From a virus (Duplodnaviria; Caudoviricetes): a stretch of 30,280 nucleotides of DNA. The translations under genes were made by a program, and so were the position numbers. The notes beneath the pieces were generated by a model, which was not told the origin of the DNA, did not search any database, and saw only the letters and a program-made list of their open reading frames with translations. The DNA lies in the IMG/VR virus record IMGVR_UViG_3300023176_004599, positions 1 through 30,280 of that record; one strand, 5' to 3'. Each line of letters begins with the position of its first letter. Position 1 is the stretch's first letter. Positions 15,564 to 26,274 of the stretch are shown piece by piece.

Positions 15564-18251
15564 ATGAACTTACACAAATATGCTGTTGTATTACACAACT
15601 ACGAAGACTTGGACGACTTTTATAATGATATGGAAACAGACGGTGGCTCTATTACTATTCCAGATAGAGCAGTGGATGTTCAGTTGAGAAAACCCAAAAG
15701 TCGTGTAACACATTATATGTTGACACCACAAGAAGCAGTAGAAGTTGTAAATGATGCAAGAGTAGAATTTGTAGAAATAGTAGATGATAATCCTCCGGAA
15801 AGAATGTTTACACAAACAGGACAATTTTCGAGAAGTTCAAGTTTAAATGCATCTCATAATCAATGGGGATTATGGAGACACATTGCTGGGGAAAACAATA
15901 ACAATTTTGACAGCGCAACTGATACTATTAATGGTACAATCGATTATCAATATACAGGAAGAAATGTTGACGTTGTAATCTTAGATGACCAGGCATGGGA
16001 ACCAAATCATAGAGAATTTTTAGATGGTAATGGTGTTAGCAGAGTTGTAGATTACAACTGGTGGCAACATGCCTCTGCAGTCGGTGACAGTGCACATGTT
16101 GGAAGAACATATGCACAGCGTGGTACAAGCGGAAACTTTCACAATATTCACTGTGCAGGAACAGTAGCAGGGCGTGAAGAAGGTTGGGCAAAGGATGCAA
16201 ACATTTATTTCTTTGCATTAAATTTTAGCGGCAATGATACAAACAACAGCATTTCACCGTCCCTTGCATTTGATTACATAAGAGAATTTCATAACAACAA
16301 GCCAATTAATCCTGCAACAGGATATAAAAACCCAACTATTGTAAACAACAGTTGGGGTTATAGTCGTGGTGCTACTGTAGCATCTAGTATTGCATCAGTT
16401 ACATATGATGGACAAACTTATGAACCTAGTGGTACTCAAGAAACTGAGTATAATGGATTCTACGGTGCATACAGTACTACAGGACAAATTGTAGCTAGAG
16501 TAGGTGATCCAGAAAATAGTAAAAACAGATTTACAACTACAGGTACTGCAACCAGTGTTACTGATAGAATGGTAGCATGGCCAGACGAATGGGATAAAAT
16601 TGTAAACCAAACATTTAGCTTTACGCAAACTGATCCAGCAGACAACTATGAGATTACAGTACTAACACCATGTGATGTTAGACAGAATAGTAGAATACGA
16701 GCAAGTTGTAACAGTGAAGATAGTTATATGATTATTAGACGTATTGTTAACAACGGTGCAAGTATTGCTACAACAGTTAGAGGTCCAGAGATTGATTTTG
16801 AACTAACTGGTGGTTTTGGATTTAGTTTCTTTGGTCCAAGTGGAAATGTTACAATTAGATATATTGTAGAAACATATCCTGCAGACGGTGATGAATTTAC
16901 ATTTGATGTTGCATGGACTGTTACAACAGGCGAGCGAGGACAGTTCTTTAGCGATTTTAATGCAGATTTAGGAAACGATGAGTTTGAAGAATTTACAGAA
17001 GACAACCCAGCACCAGAAACAAATGCATCAGGTTCAGTAATAACTCTTCCTCACACAGCAATTAACATAACAGGATTAACCGCAGACAGTTCACCAACAA
17101 GCGGTAATAATGATGATGGTTATTGGACATTAAGTTTACCATTTGACATTCAATATTTAGGTGTTACATACAATACAATACATGTTGGAACTAACAGCTA
17201 TGTTACATTTGGTAGTGGTTCTAGTACATATAACGTGTCTGCATCCAACCCGCTGTTACCTAAAATTATGATAGGCGCCAGAGATAGACGAGGTTATAGT
17301 ATCTGGCACGGAGTTTCAGGAATTACTCCTAATAGAGAATATAGGGTTGTATGGGAAGGTCATGATCGTTATTATATTAATACTCCTGATTCGCCAAATA
17401 TGCGTTGGGAATTAACATTTTTCGAAAATTCACCTAATGAATATGAAATAAATTGGGAACAAAACGGTGCAAAATCAATCTCAGGCAGCGGCGGCACGTT
17501 TACTACTGCACAATTAACAAGCTATGGGTATAACCTCAGCGGTAGACACACATCTCAAGTAGCATCAGTTGAAGCAGATATTGTTGATGCAATATCAGAC
17601 GGCGTTATTGTAGTAGCTAGTGCAGGAAATGGTCGTGTGCCAATGTACAGTTCTGATCATCCATACTATAATAACTATATAACAACAACTGGCGGTAGTA
17701 ATTCTTACTATCATAGACCACAAACACCAGCAGGTGCAGGCAATGGCACAGACAGTGCTGTTATTTGTGTTGGTGCACTGTCTAACGTACACTTAAATGA
17801 TAAAGAGCAAAGAGTTTACTTTAGTAATTTTGGAGAAAATGTTGACATATACGCAGCAGGACATTATATTCAAAGTGCAATGCCAGATTTATCAAGTAGA
17901 TCTAAAGCAGATAGAGGTGGCGGTAATTACTATGCTAAAGTAAGTGGTACTAGTATGAGTGGCCCACAGGTTTGTGGTATACTTGCATGTATGCTTGAAG
18001 AATATCCAGACATGACACAAAGACAAGCTAGAGAAATGTTACGAGTTATCAGCAAACCGGATCAAATCTATGATGATCCTGCAGGAACATATAACTTTGC
18101 TAATAGTTTAGAAGGTTCTGCAAACTTAACACTATGGATGCCAAGCTCTACAAATGAAAATAGACCTAGATGGCCAAAACAGCATAGAGGTCGTCCGAGA
18201 TCAGGTGCAGTATATCCACGTAGAAGAATACGTAGAAGAAGACGTGTCTAA
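15564..18251 (+). CDS. Subtilisin-like S8 serine peptidase with large insertion
   Basis: DVVILDD (Asp), HNIHCAGTVAG (His), ASAGN (oxyanion Asn), SGTSMSGP (Ser); N-terminal prodomain-like region. Confidence 0.88.
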   Translation: MNLHKYAVVLHNYEDLDDFYNDMETDGGSITIPDRAVDVQLRKPKSRVTHYMLTPQEAVEVVNDARVEFVEIVDDNPPERMFTQTGQFSRSSSLNASHNQWGLWRHIAGENNNNFDSATDTINGTIDYQYTGRNVDVVILDDQAWEPNHREFLDGNGVSRVVDYNWWQHASAVGDSAHVGRTYAQRGTSGNFHNIHCAGTVAGREEGWAKDANIYFFALNFSGNDTNNSISPSLAFDYIREFHNNKPINPATGYKNPTIVNNSWGYSRGATVASSIASVTYDGQTYEPSGTQETEYNGFYGAYSTTGQIVARVGDPENSKNRFTTTGTATSVTDRMVAWPDEWDKIVNQTFSFTQTDPADNYEITVLTPCDVRQNSRIRASCNSEDSYMIIRRIVNNGASIATTVRGPEIDFELTGGFGFSFFGPSGNVTIRYIVETYPADGDEFTFDVAWTVTTGERGQFFSDFNADLGNDEFEEFTEDNPAPETNASGSVITLPHTAINITGLTADSSPTSGNNDDGYWTLSLPFDIQYLGVTYNTIHVGTNSYVTFGSGSSTYNVSASNPLLPKIMIGARDRRGYSIWHGVSGITPNREYRVVWEGHDRYYINTPDSPNMRWELTFFENSPNEYEINWEQNGAKSISGSGGTFTTAQLTSYGYNLSGRHTSQVASVEADIVDAISDGVIVVASAGNGRVPMYSSDHPYYNNYITTTGGSNSYYHRPQTPAGAGNGTDSAVICVGALSNVHLNDKEQRVYFSNFGENVDIYAAGHYIQSAMPDLSSRSKADRGGGNYYAKVSGTSMSGPQVCGILACMLEEYPDMTQRQAREMLRVISKPDQIYDDPAGTYNFANSLEGSANLTLWMPSSTNENRPRWPKQHRGRPRSGAVYPRRRIRRRRRV

Positions 18252-18254
18252 TTA

Positions 18255-18806
18255 ATGAGCAACATAAAAGATCTAACATGGGAACATCACAAAGCAGCAG
18301 AAAGATGTGGCTTTGTGAAAATACTACTCAGTGGATCGATTGATCCAAAACTTTATGCAACATTTTTATGGAATCAATATATCAAATATACTGAACTTGA
18401 AAAACTAGCAGACAAATACGGATTACTTAAAGGTATAGAAACTGTTAAACGTAAAGACAGTATCTATGCAGACTTTTTAGAATTGTGGACGCCAAAACAC
18501 ACACCTCCTACATTTGCTAGCACACACGAATATATCAATCATATTAGACAATTACCAAACAAGCAACATATCTTTGCACACATATATGTGCATCATATGG
18601 GAGATTTAAGTGGTGGGCAAATTATATCAAAACGTGTTCCTGGTGCAGGAAGAATGTATAAATTCTTACATGATACAACCGAACTCAAAGAACAAATCCG
18701 TGCAAGAACAACGGACGAAATGGCAGAAGAAGCTGGTATTTGTTTTCGGTTTGCTATAAAACAATTTCAAGAATTAGAAAAATTGTCAATCAATATTACT
18801 GCATAA
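18255..18806 (+). CDS. Heme oxygenase (HO-1/HemO-like)
   Basis: N-terminal IKDLTWEHHKAAE (proximal His helix), AHIYVHHMGDLSGGQII distal-helix motif, C-terminal EEA..CF.F. Confidence 0.88.
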   Translation: MSNIKDLTWEHHKAAERCGFVKILLSGSIDPKLYATFLWNQYIKYTELEKLADKYGLLKGIETVKRKDSIYADFLELWTPKHTPPTFASTHEYINHIRQLPNKQHIFAHIYVHHMGDLSGGQIISKRVPGAGRMYKFLHDTTELKEQIRARTTDEMAEEAGICFRFAIKQFQELEKLSINITA

Positions 18807-18809
18807 ATA
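18802..18809 (+). promoter_or_regulatory. Late promoter CATAAATA
   Basis: NATAAATA upstream of ATG 18835. Confidence 0.55.
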
Positions 18810-18834
18810 CATTAAAGTATTGTGAGAGTAATAT

Positions 18835-21800
18835 ATGGCTATTAATTTTGATCATCAACGAGATAGAATTAGCACAAGTAGTGGAACATTAACGTTAAAT
18901 ACCACTGGTGCTTTTACAATTCCAGTTGGAAACACAGCACAGAGACCAAGTACGTTAAGTACTGGCCAAATACGTTTCAATAGTCAACAACAAACCTTTG
19001 AAGGTTATAACGGCGCAGGGTGGAGTTCACTCGGCGGCGTTCGTGATGTTGATGGTAACACATATGTTATAGCAGAAACTTCTCCTGGTGTCAACAATAA
19101 TGAAATAGATTTTTATACTGATGGTACACAGCGTATGCAAATTGGTGCTACTGGTATTATTACAATAGGCGATACTCTTACAGAATTTACAATTGACGGA
19201 TCAACCGGAGATACAACTGTTGGCGGTAACTTACAAGTTAATGGTACACTAACAGTTGACGGCATAGCAACATTAAAAGCAGGAACCAGCGGTACTATTA
19301 ACGTTGGCGATGACAATACAGATAATGTTGTGTTTAATGCCGATGTTAACAGTAATGTTATTCCAAATACAGACGCAACATATGACTTGGGAAGTACATC
19401 ACAAAACTGGAATGTAGCATATGTTCAAACGTTAGATAGTAATACAGAAACAATTACAGTTGACGTAACAGGATCTCTTGTGCTACCAGTTGGTACAGTT
19501 GGAGAACGTCCTGGTACACCAGCACAAGGTATGATTCGTTATAATAGCGATGATACAACTTTTGAAGGTTATGATGGTACAGCATGGGGATCGCTAGGCG
19601 GTGTTAAAGATGTTGATCAAGATACATATATTAGTGCAGAAGATACACCAGGCGCTGATAATGACGAGTTAGATTTTTATACTGGCGGCGTTACTAGAAT
19701 GACTATTGATAGTACAGGCCAAATCACAGCGGCGGCAACATATACACCAACAAATGCACAAGACTTGGTAACAAAAGACTGGGTTGAAAATAGTTTATCA
19801 TCTACAGCAGGTACACCAACAGATGGAAGTTGGCAGGATGGAGCATATTTGGGATTTACAGACGCAGATAAAGTAGTAGACGTATTAGACGAATTAAATG
19901 AGTCTATAGAAAATGTACGAAACAATACATTTGTACGTGCACTAACATTTACTGGTACACCAACTTCAGCAGGTGCTGGCTCAACTATTACACTTACCTT
20001 AAATGTAGATGGTAATGCAAACAAATACGATATCACATGGGGAGATGGTGGTACTACTATTGGTACAACTGATAGTACACCTAGTTATACATATACTTCA
20101 AACGTAAACAGTCCATTTACTGTAACTGTTAGAGCTTACAACGACAATGCTATTAGTGGCAGTGCTGGTAGCGAAGCAAGTTCTACACGTGAAGATTATA
20201 TTGTAATCTTTACAGCAAATGCTGTTGCAGCGTTCCAGCTTTATCGAGTTGTTACAGGGGGTACGGATTTAAACGGAAACGATGTTTATGTTATCGAAGG
20301 TGATAGTTTGTACATGCAAAACAATACATCAAACACCGGTGGCGCAAGTGTTACTTACGAAATGGATTGGGGTGATGGTACAAGTGCTGATTTCATTGCT
20401 AGCGATAATGATCCTGGTGGTGTTACTGGTTCAAGACTACAGCATACCTGGGCACCTGGAACAAGTTCTGGAACTAGTAGAGACAACTTAATATTAACGC
20501 TAACAACACATAGTACAGCAGATCCAGCAACACTTCCATCATCAGTGACATTGCCATTAAAAGTATACGATCCAAATATTGCTGTACCAGATGGGTTAAG
20601 CACAAAAAGTATTAACGGACCTAGTAGTGTAGGAACAAGTCCATTGTTAACGTCTGGATTTACAAACAACAATACTAGTGCTACGACACCAGGTTCTTCT
20701 GTAACACGTGTTGTTAATAGTGGTACTGTATCATCTAGTGTTATTTCAACATATGCATACGATGCAGATGCTGGTATACTTACTGCACTAGTTAATGGTG
20801 TAGACGATGGTAATGTAACATTTACAAATACAGACCAAACAGGCACATATACAAGTCTTGTTGTTACAGACGAAGAAGATTATAACTTATTAAATTCAGG
20901 AGGTAGTAGTACAACATTTAACAGTAGTATCTATCATCCAGGACTATACACAGGATTTAAAGCACAAATTAGTAAAAGCGGTGCTAGTTTATCATTAGGT
21001 ACAAATGATTATCAATTAAGTCATAGTACAACTGGAGATACGAATACTGTTGAATTTGTTGTTGACAATTTAATAAGTACACCAACTACTGCTAGCGGCA
21101 CACTAACTGAAAATGTAGGAAACTACAAATACATTAGTGGTGTTCCATATTACGACACTGGTAGCTCGTTAACATTAAGTGGTGTTACCATTGATAACTT
21201 TATTGGACAAACATATACAAATACAACTAATGTATTTGAAGTTACAAGCGGTGCAAATTTAGAAGGTACAGGTGCTAGCGCAATTAGTACACAAAATTAT
21301 TCTTATTCAGACATTGATGGAACTTCCACTTTCTTAACAGGTGGAATTCCAAATGCAAACACAGGTAACGGAACACCTTATGCAATTGGAGATGTAACAG
21401 TTAATATTACTAGTAGCAGTGTTAGAACAATTGAAAATTTAAGACATAGAGCATCTAATGTTAATGGCACAGGTAATTATAGTAATTTATTAGAAGCAAT
21501 TGCAGTGCATACTGCCAACCAAAGTGGTATCAGTGAAATTGCAATCGATGTTAGTAATAGTTTAGGTTCAACATATACAGACGATGGTGTTCGTATATTT
21601 GACTTTGGTGCAGCAACTACAGACAATCCTATAATACCAGGTGCAACAAACTTTTATACAAATAGTCCGTATACAGAAGCAGCAGATCCAGGCGTAACAG
21701 GAACAAAAGAAGCAACAATACGTTTAGGTGTACTAGAACATAATGTAGAAAACTACAGTACATTTTTACCAGCCGGTCCAGACAGAAGCGGCGATACTGG

Positions 21801-22185
21801 AGTGCAATATTTTACATTTGCATTCCGTAGAACAGTTGTTGCTAACTTTACGATTAACATCACAAGCGCAACAGGTGTTAGCGGTGTTTGGATTGCAGCA
21901 CCAGGTACAGCAATAGACAGTGCAAGTACAATTAACGGTTGGCTAGACTGCGGTATACAGTATGCTGGTTCTGGTGTGCCAGGTGCAGATACTGGCAATG
22001 GCGGTAATGGAAGCAACGGTTGTGCAGTAACAGGTGGAGATATTATTGCAAATAATACAGCATTAAGTGGAGGGTATACTATGACGCTAGGTACCGAAAA
22101 CTTAACAAATGCTACAGGTAATGTAGCACTAGTGCGTATTGCATTAAACACAAACCAAAGTATAACAGGATTGAGTATAACATAA
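18835..22185 (+). CDS. Large virion structural protein with PKD-like domains
   Basis: Two IPVG.T..RP...G.IR.N....FEGY.G..W modules, two WGDG PKD-like motifs, Thr/Gly/Ser-rich beta composition. Confidence 0.75.
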   Translation: MAINFDHQRDRISTSSGTLTLNTTGAFTIPVGNTAQRPSTLSTGQIRFNSQQQTFEGYNGAGWSSLGGVRDVDGNTYVIAETSPGVNNNEIDFYTDGTQRMQIGATGIITIGDTLTEFTIDGSTGDTTVGGNLQVNGTLTVDGIATLKAGTSGTINVGDDNTDNVVFNADVNSNVIPNTDATYDLGSTSQNWNVAYVQTLDSNTETITVDVTGSLVLPVGTVGERPGTPAQGMIRYNSDDTTFEGYDGTAWGSLGGVKDVDQDTYISAEDTPGADNDELDFYTGGVTRMTIDSTGQITAAATYTPTNAQDLVTKDWVENSLSSTAGTPTDGSWQDGAYLGFTDADKVVDVLDELNESIENVRNNTFVRALTFTGTPTSAGAGSTITLTLNVDGNANKYDITWGDGGTTIGTTDSTPSYTYTSNVNSPFTVTVRAYNDNAISGSAGSEASSTREDYIVIFTANAVAAFQLYRVVTGGTDLNGNDVYVIEGDSLYMQNNTSNTGGASVTYEMDWGDGTSADFIASDNDPGGVTGSRLQHTWAPGTSSGTSRDNLILTLTTHSTADPATLPSSVTLPLKVYDPNIAVPDGLSTKSINGPSSVGTSPLLTSGFTNNNTSATTPGSSVTRVVNSGTVSSSVISTYAYDADAGILTALVNGVDDGNVTFTNTDQTGTYTSLVVTDEEDYNLLNSGGSSTTFNSSIYHPGLYTGFKAQISKSGASLSLGTNDYQLSHSTTGDTNTVEFVVDNLISTPTTASGTLTENVGNYKYISGVPYYDTGSSLTLSGVTIDNFIGQTYTNTTNVFEVTSGANLEGTGASAISTQNYSYSDIDGTSTFLTGGIPNANTGNGTPYAIGDVTVNITSSSVRTIENLRHRASNVNGTGNYSNLLEAIAVHTANQSGISEIAIDVSNSLGSTYTDDGVRIFDFGAATTDNPIIPGATNFYTNSPYTEAADPGVTGTKEATIRLGVLEHNVENYSTFLPAGPDRSGDTGVQYFTFAFRRTVVANFTINITSATGVSGVWIAAPGTAIDSASTINGWLDCGIQYAGSGVPGADTGNGGNGSNGCAVTGGDIIANNTALSGGYTMTLGTENLTNATGNVALVRIALNTNQSITGLSIT

Positions 22186-23088
22186 GGGTGAGAGATGGCT
22201 ATAAATGAATCACAAAAAGTAGACTGGCTTTGGAAAAAGCTAGGTTACGGTGTAGCAAAAACAGATATTAATAGCATTAAGGCTGCAACTAACGAAAGTA
22301 TTGCTAGCCCACTATTAATACGTGGTGATAACATTTGGCAAGATGCATCTCAAATTCCAGCAACAAAACCAACAGCGTCAACAACTACTGTAGAAATATA
22401 CGATGATAGTGGAAACGGTCAAGCAACAGTTGAGTGTGCACCTGACTTAACAGCTAGTTCTAATAGAACATGGAAGACAAATTCTATAGATTGGATCCCC
22501 ACTGAATTTGGTAGTACATATCAGATTAAAGTTTATTTAGATAATAGTGGTGCTGCAACCCCACAATCAACAGGAACACAGTTGTTTGCAGCAGGTAGTG
22601 GCAATAACGATGAATGGTATTTTGATTATCAAAGCGGCGTTCTTAACTTTATTGGAGATAACTTACCATCTGGTATAGCAGGTAAAGTTATATATGTAGT
22701 TGGTGCACGTTACACTGGTAATAAAGGGTCTAATCTTTCTAGTGCAACAATTGCTAATTTTACATTTAATGGTAATACTATTGGTGTTACAAACACCAAT
22801 GGAGATATTATTTTAGATCCTGACGGCACTGGTAAACTTTCAGTATTAGCAGACAATGTTAGTATTACTGGTACAGGTGCACTTACTATCCCAGTTGGCA
22901 CAACATTAGAAAGACCAACACCACTAGAACAAGGTATGATCCGTTATAACACATCAGATGCAACATTTGAAGGTTATGATGGAACTAACTGGGGTTCGCT
23001 TGGTGGTGTTAAAGATGTTGACGGTGATACATATATTATTGCTGAAACAAGCGCAGGTGCAGACAACGACGAAATAGATTTTTATGCT
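18904..23088 (+). repeat. About 72-aa module repeated three times across two genes (about 18904-19125, 19468-19686, 22873-23088)
   Basis: TG...PVG....RP.....G.IR.N.....FEGY.G..W.SLGGV.DVD..TY..AE...G..N.E.DFY. Confidence 0.85.
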
Positions 23089-26000
23089 GCTGGTACACAT
23101 GTTATGCAACTTAATGCAGCAGGCGATCTAGCATTAGGTCCAAACTTAACAGAATTTACAGTTGCTGGCGCAACTGGTGATACTGCAATTTCCGGTAACT
23201 TGACAGTCACGGGAGATTTACAAGTTGATGGCATCACAACTACAGTAAACAGCACAGTTGTTACTATCGATGATCCTATTTTTACATTAGGTGGAGACGC
23301 AGCACCAACTACAGATGACAATAAAGATAGAGGTATTGAATTCCAGTGGTATAATACTCCTACATCATCTGCAAAAGTTGGTTTCTTTGGTTTTGATGAT
23401 AGCACTGGTAAATTTACATTTATTCCAGATGCAACTAATACAAACGAAGTTTTTAGCGGAACAGTAGGCGATGTTGACTTTGGCGCAGCAAGTTTAACAA
23501 GTTTAGTTGTTAGTGGTACTACACAGCTATTAGGTGATGTTACAATTGGTGATGCTGATACTGACACAATTACCATTAATGGTGATATACGTTCAGATGT
23601 ACTTCCAGATGTAACAGACTCATATGATTTAGGTGCTACAGGTAAAGCATGGAGAGATATATATCTAACAGAAGCATTAACATTTGAAGGTGCTACTACT
23701 GAAAACGAAATTGTATTTCCAACTAACTTAGCAGATGGATTGTCCATAACAGACGGAACTAATGACTTTATAGTTTTTGATAGCACTACAGGTTCTAATT
23801 TAATAACAATTACACCGAACACAGCTATCACAGGTACACTTGGTGTAACAGGCGAATCAACACTAGCAAGCGCAACAATCAGTGATGTTACAGCAACACA
23901 CATTATGTATGCTGGTACAGCAGGATCTGTTGACGGTGATGCTAACTTAGTTTGGGACGGAACACAACTAGCAGTTGGTGTTACTAACTTTACAGTGCAA
24001 CATGCAACAGGCAATGTTTATACAGCAGGTACATTAGAAACTGACGGGCAAGCGACATTAGCAAGTGCCAATGTGGAAGACTTAACTGATGATAGAATTG
24101 TTATTGCAGGTAACTTGGGTGAACTAGAAGACGATGCTAACTTCCGTTTCGACGGTACTAATTTTCATATTGGTCCAGCTGGTAGTGAAACATTTGATGT
24201 AACAGTTGCAAGTGGTAATACAGTAATTGCAGGTACACTTGATGTAGATGGACAAGCAACACTTGCTAGTGCAAATGTTGAAGATTTAACAGACAATCGT
24301 ATTGTTATCGCTGGTGCAGCCGGTGAACTAGAAGATGATGCTAATTTAACATTTGATGGTACTGAACTTAATATTGGTGCTGGTAACTTTACAGTACAAC
24401 AAGCAACAGGTAATACATATGCAGCCGGTGATTTACAAGTTGCAGGTAATTTACAAGTTGATGGTACAACAACTACTGTTAATAGTACAGTGGTTACAAT
24501 TGATGATCCCATCTTTACACTTGGTGGAGATCAAACTCCAACAGGAGATGATAACAAAGATAGAGGTATTGAATTTAAATGGCACGATGGTGTTAGTTCA
24601 AAACTGGGTTTCTTTGGTTATGATGATAGTGCTGAAGTGTTTACATTTATTCCCGATGCAACTAATACCAGCGAAGTGTTTAGTGGTACAGCAGGCAATG
24701 TTGCATTTGGTGATGGTACGTTTACAGGTGCTACAGCAGGTAACATACAAATTGGTATTACCAGTGATAATGAAATAGATACTAGCTCTGGCAATTTAAC
24801 AATTGACAGTGCAGATGGTACTGTTACTATTGACGATGATGCAGTTGTAACAGGCTCACTATCAGTAACAGGTTTGTCTAGTTTAGACGGTGGTATTGAA
24901 GTTGATACAAACTTTACTGTTGACGGAGCAACTGGTGCAGTATATACAGCAAGTACACTTGACGTAGATGGACAGGCAACATTAGCAAGTGCTAATGTAG
25001 AAGATTTAACAGATAATCAAATCGTTGTTGCTGGTGCACTTGGTGAACTAGAAGGCGATGCAAATCTACGTTACGATGGGACATCGTTTATGATAGGTCC
25101 TGCAGGAACAGAAACATTTAAAGTTACTGTATTAAGTGGTAATACAGAAATCTCAGGTAATTTGACACTTGGTGGAAATATTACCATTGGTGATTCCGAT
25201 ACAGATAATATTTCGCTAGGCGGCGAACTAACAAGTCATATTATTCCAGACGTCACTGATACATATGATTTAGGTAGTGCAACTAAAGGTTGGAGAGATT
25301 TATTCATTACTGAAGATATTCAGTTTTTAGGTGCAACAGGCGAAAATAGAATACTAATACCAGCTAATACTGCTGATGCATTAAGTATCACTGACGGAAC
25401 AAATGACTTAATAGTATTAGACTCTACTACAGGTGTACTAACAACTACTATCACTGCTCTTGCTATGGCAAATGTAGCAAGCACTACTACAATCGATAGA
25501 ATTTTAGATGAAGATAATATGGTAAGCGACAGCAATGTTGCACTTGCCACACAACAAAGTATTAAAGCATATGTTGACAATAGTGTAGGTAATGTTGACT
25601 TAAACTTCAACGGTGATGGACCAACCAATGGTACAGTTAATCTTGGCACACAGTCGTTTACATTGTCAGGCACAACAAATGAAATCGAAACATCTGCAGC
25701 CAACCAAACAATTACAATAGGTTTACCAGACGATGTTACTATTACTAATGATTTAACAGTATCTAATGATTTGGGTGTAACTGCAGCCGCAACTATTGGT
25801 ACAACATTACAAGTTGGTACTGATGCAACAATATTAAATGATTTAGGTGTAGGCAATACTGCACAAATTACAAACGATCTGACTGTAGGAAATGATGCTA
25901 CCGTATCACGTGATTTGTCAGTTACTAGAAATGTAACTATTACTGGTGATCTTACAGTTAGCGGCACAACAACATATATTAACACTACAACGTTAAATGT

Positions 26001-26199
26001 TGGTGATAATATTATTACACTAAACGCTGACATTACTAATGTTACTTCACCAACTGAAGATTCTGGTATTGAAGTATTACGTGGTTCTGAACCTACAAAG
26101 AGCTTTATCTGGGACGAAACAAATGACAAATGGACTGCTGGTAGTGACACTATTGAAGCAGGACTATTTGAAGGTGACATTGACGGCGGTACTTACTAA
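22195..26199 (+). CDS. Long repetitive tail fibre / virion structural protein
   Basis: Multiple internal repeats; C-terminal DNIITLN...SGIEVLRG...WDETNDKW...IDGGTY. Confidence 0.75.
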   Translation: MAINESQKVDWLWKKLGYGVAKTDINSIKAATNESIASPLLIRGDNIWQDASQIPATKPTASTTTVEIYDDSGNGQATVECAPDLTASSNRTWKTNSIDWIPTEFGSTYQIKVYLDNSGAATPQSTGTQLFAAGSGNNDEWYFDYQSGVLNFIGDNLPSGIAGKVIYVVGARYTGNKGSNLSSATIANFTFNGNTIGVTNTNGDIILDPDGTGKLSVLADNVSITGTGALTIPVGTTLERPTPLEQGMIRYNTSDATFEGYDGTNWGSLGGVKDVDGDTYIIAETSAGADNDEIDFYAAGTHVMQLNAAGDLALGPNLTEFTVAGATGDTAISGNLTVTGDLQVDGITTTVNSTVVTIDDPIFTLGGDAAPTTDDNKDRGIEFQWYNTPTSSAKVGFFGFDDSTGKFTFIPDATNTNEVFSGTVGDVDFGAASLTSLVVSGTTQLLGDVTIGDADTDTITINGDIRSDVLPDVTDSYDLGATGKAWRDIYLTEALTFEGATTENEIVFPTNLADGLSITDGTNDFIVFDSTTGSNLITITPNTAITGTLGVTGESTLASATISDVTATHIMYAGTAGSVDGDANLVWDGTQLAVGVTNFTVQHATGNVYTAGTLETDGQATLASANVEDLTDDRIVIAGNLGELEDDANFRFDGTNFHIGPAGSETFDVTVASGNTVIAGTLDVDGQATLASANVEDLTDNRIVIAGAAGELEDDANLTFDGTELNIGAGNFTVQQATGNTYAAGDLQVAGNLQVDGTTTTVNSTVVTIDDPIFTLGGDQTPTGDDNKDRGIEFKWHDGVSSKLGFFGYDDSAEVFTFIPDATNTSEVFSGTAGNVAFGDGTFTGATAGNIQIGITSDNEIDTSSGNLTIDSADGTVTIDDDAVVTGSLSVTGLSSLDGGIEVDTNFTVDGATGAVYTASTLDVDGQATLASANVEDLTDNQIVVAGALGELEGDANLRYDGTSFMIGPAGTETFKVTVLSGNTEISGNLTLGGNITIGDSDTDNISLGGELTSHIIPDVTDTYDLGSATKGWRDLFITEDIQFLGATGENRILIPANTADALSITDGTNDLIVLDSTTGVLTTTITALAMANVASTTTIDRILDEDNMVSDSNVALATQQSIKAYVDNSVGNVDLNFNGDGPTNGTVNLGTQSFTLSGTTNEIETSAANQTITIGLPDDVTITNDLTVSNDLGVTAAATIGTTLQVGTDATILNDLGVGNTAQITNDLTVGNDATVSRDLSVTRNVTITGDLTVSGTTTYINTTTLNVGDNIITLNADITNVTSPTEDSGIEVLRGSEPTKSFIWDETNDKWTAGSDTIEAGLFEGDIDGGTY
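23218..25083 (+). repeat. Internal repeats of the 1334-aa fibre: about 83-aa unit twice (23218-23469, 24451-24696) and about 39-aa unit three times (24043, 24247, 24967)
   Basis: LQVDG.TTTVNSTVVTIDDPIFTLGGD...DDNKDRGIEF; DGQATLASANVEDLTD..IV.AG..GELE.DAN. Confidence 0.85.
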
Positions 26200-26207
26200 C
26201 ATAAATA
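26200..26207 (+). promoter_or_regulatory. Late promoter CATAAATA
   Basis: NATAAATA in the intergenic gap before ATG 26275. Confidence 0.55.
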
Positions 26208-26274
26208 GTATTAAGCTAAAGTGGGTTATATAACCCCGGGCCTGGCTATATAGCCGTGTTAGAAGGTAAGACAA

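Noticed and set aside
23082-26180. Long minus-strand ORFs (310 aa, 286 aa and similar ones at 10414, 13067, 20355, 28830)
   Set aside because: Antisense shadows of strongly codon-biased + strand genes; Val/Ser/Pro-rich with no motifs or RBS
18835-26199. CRISPR array or DGR template/variable repeat pair
   Set aside because: Repeats are in-frame protein modules differing at synonymous sites, not adenine-specific; no reverse transcriptase, cas gene or spacer pattern in the window
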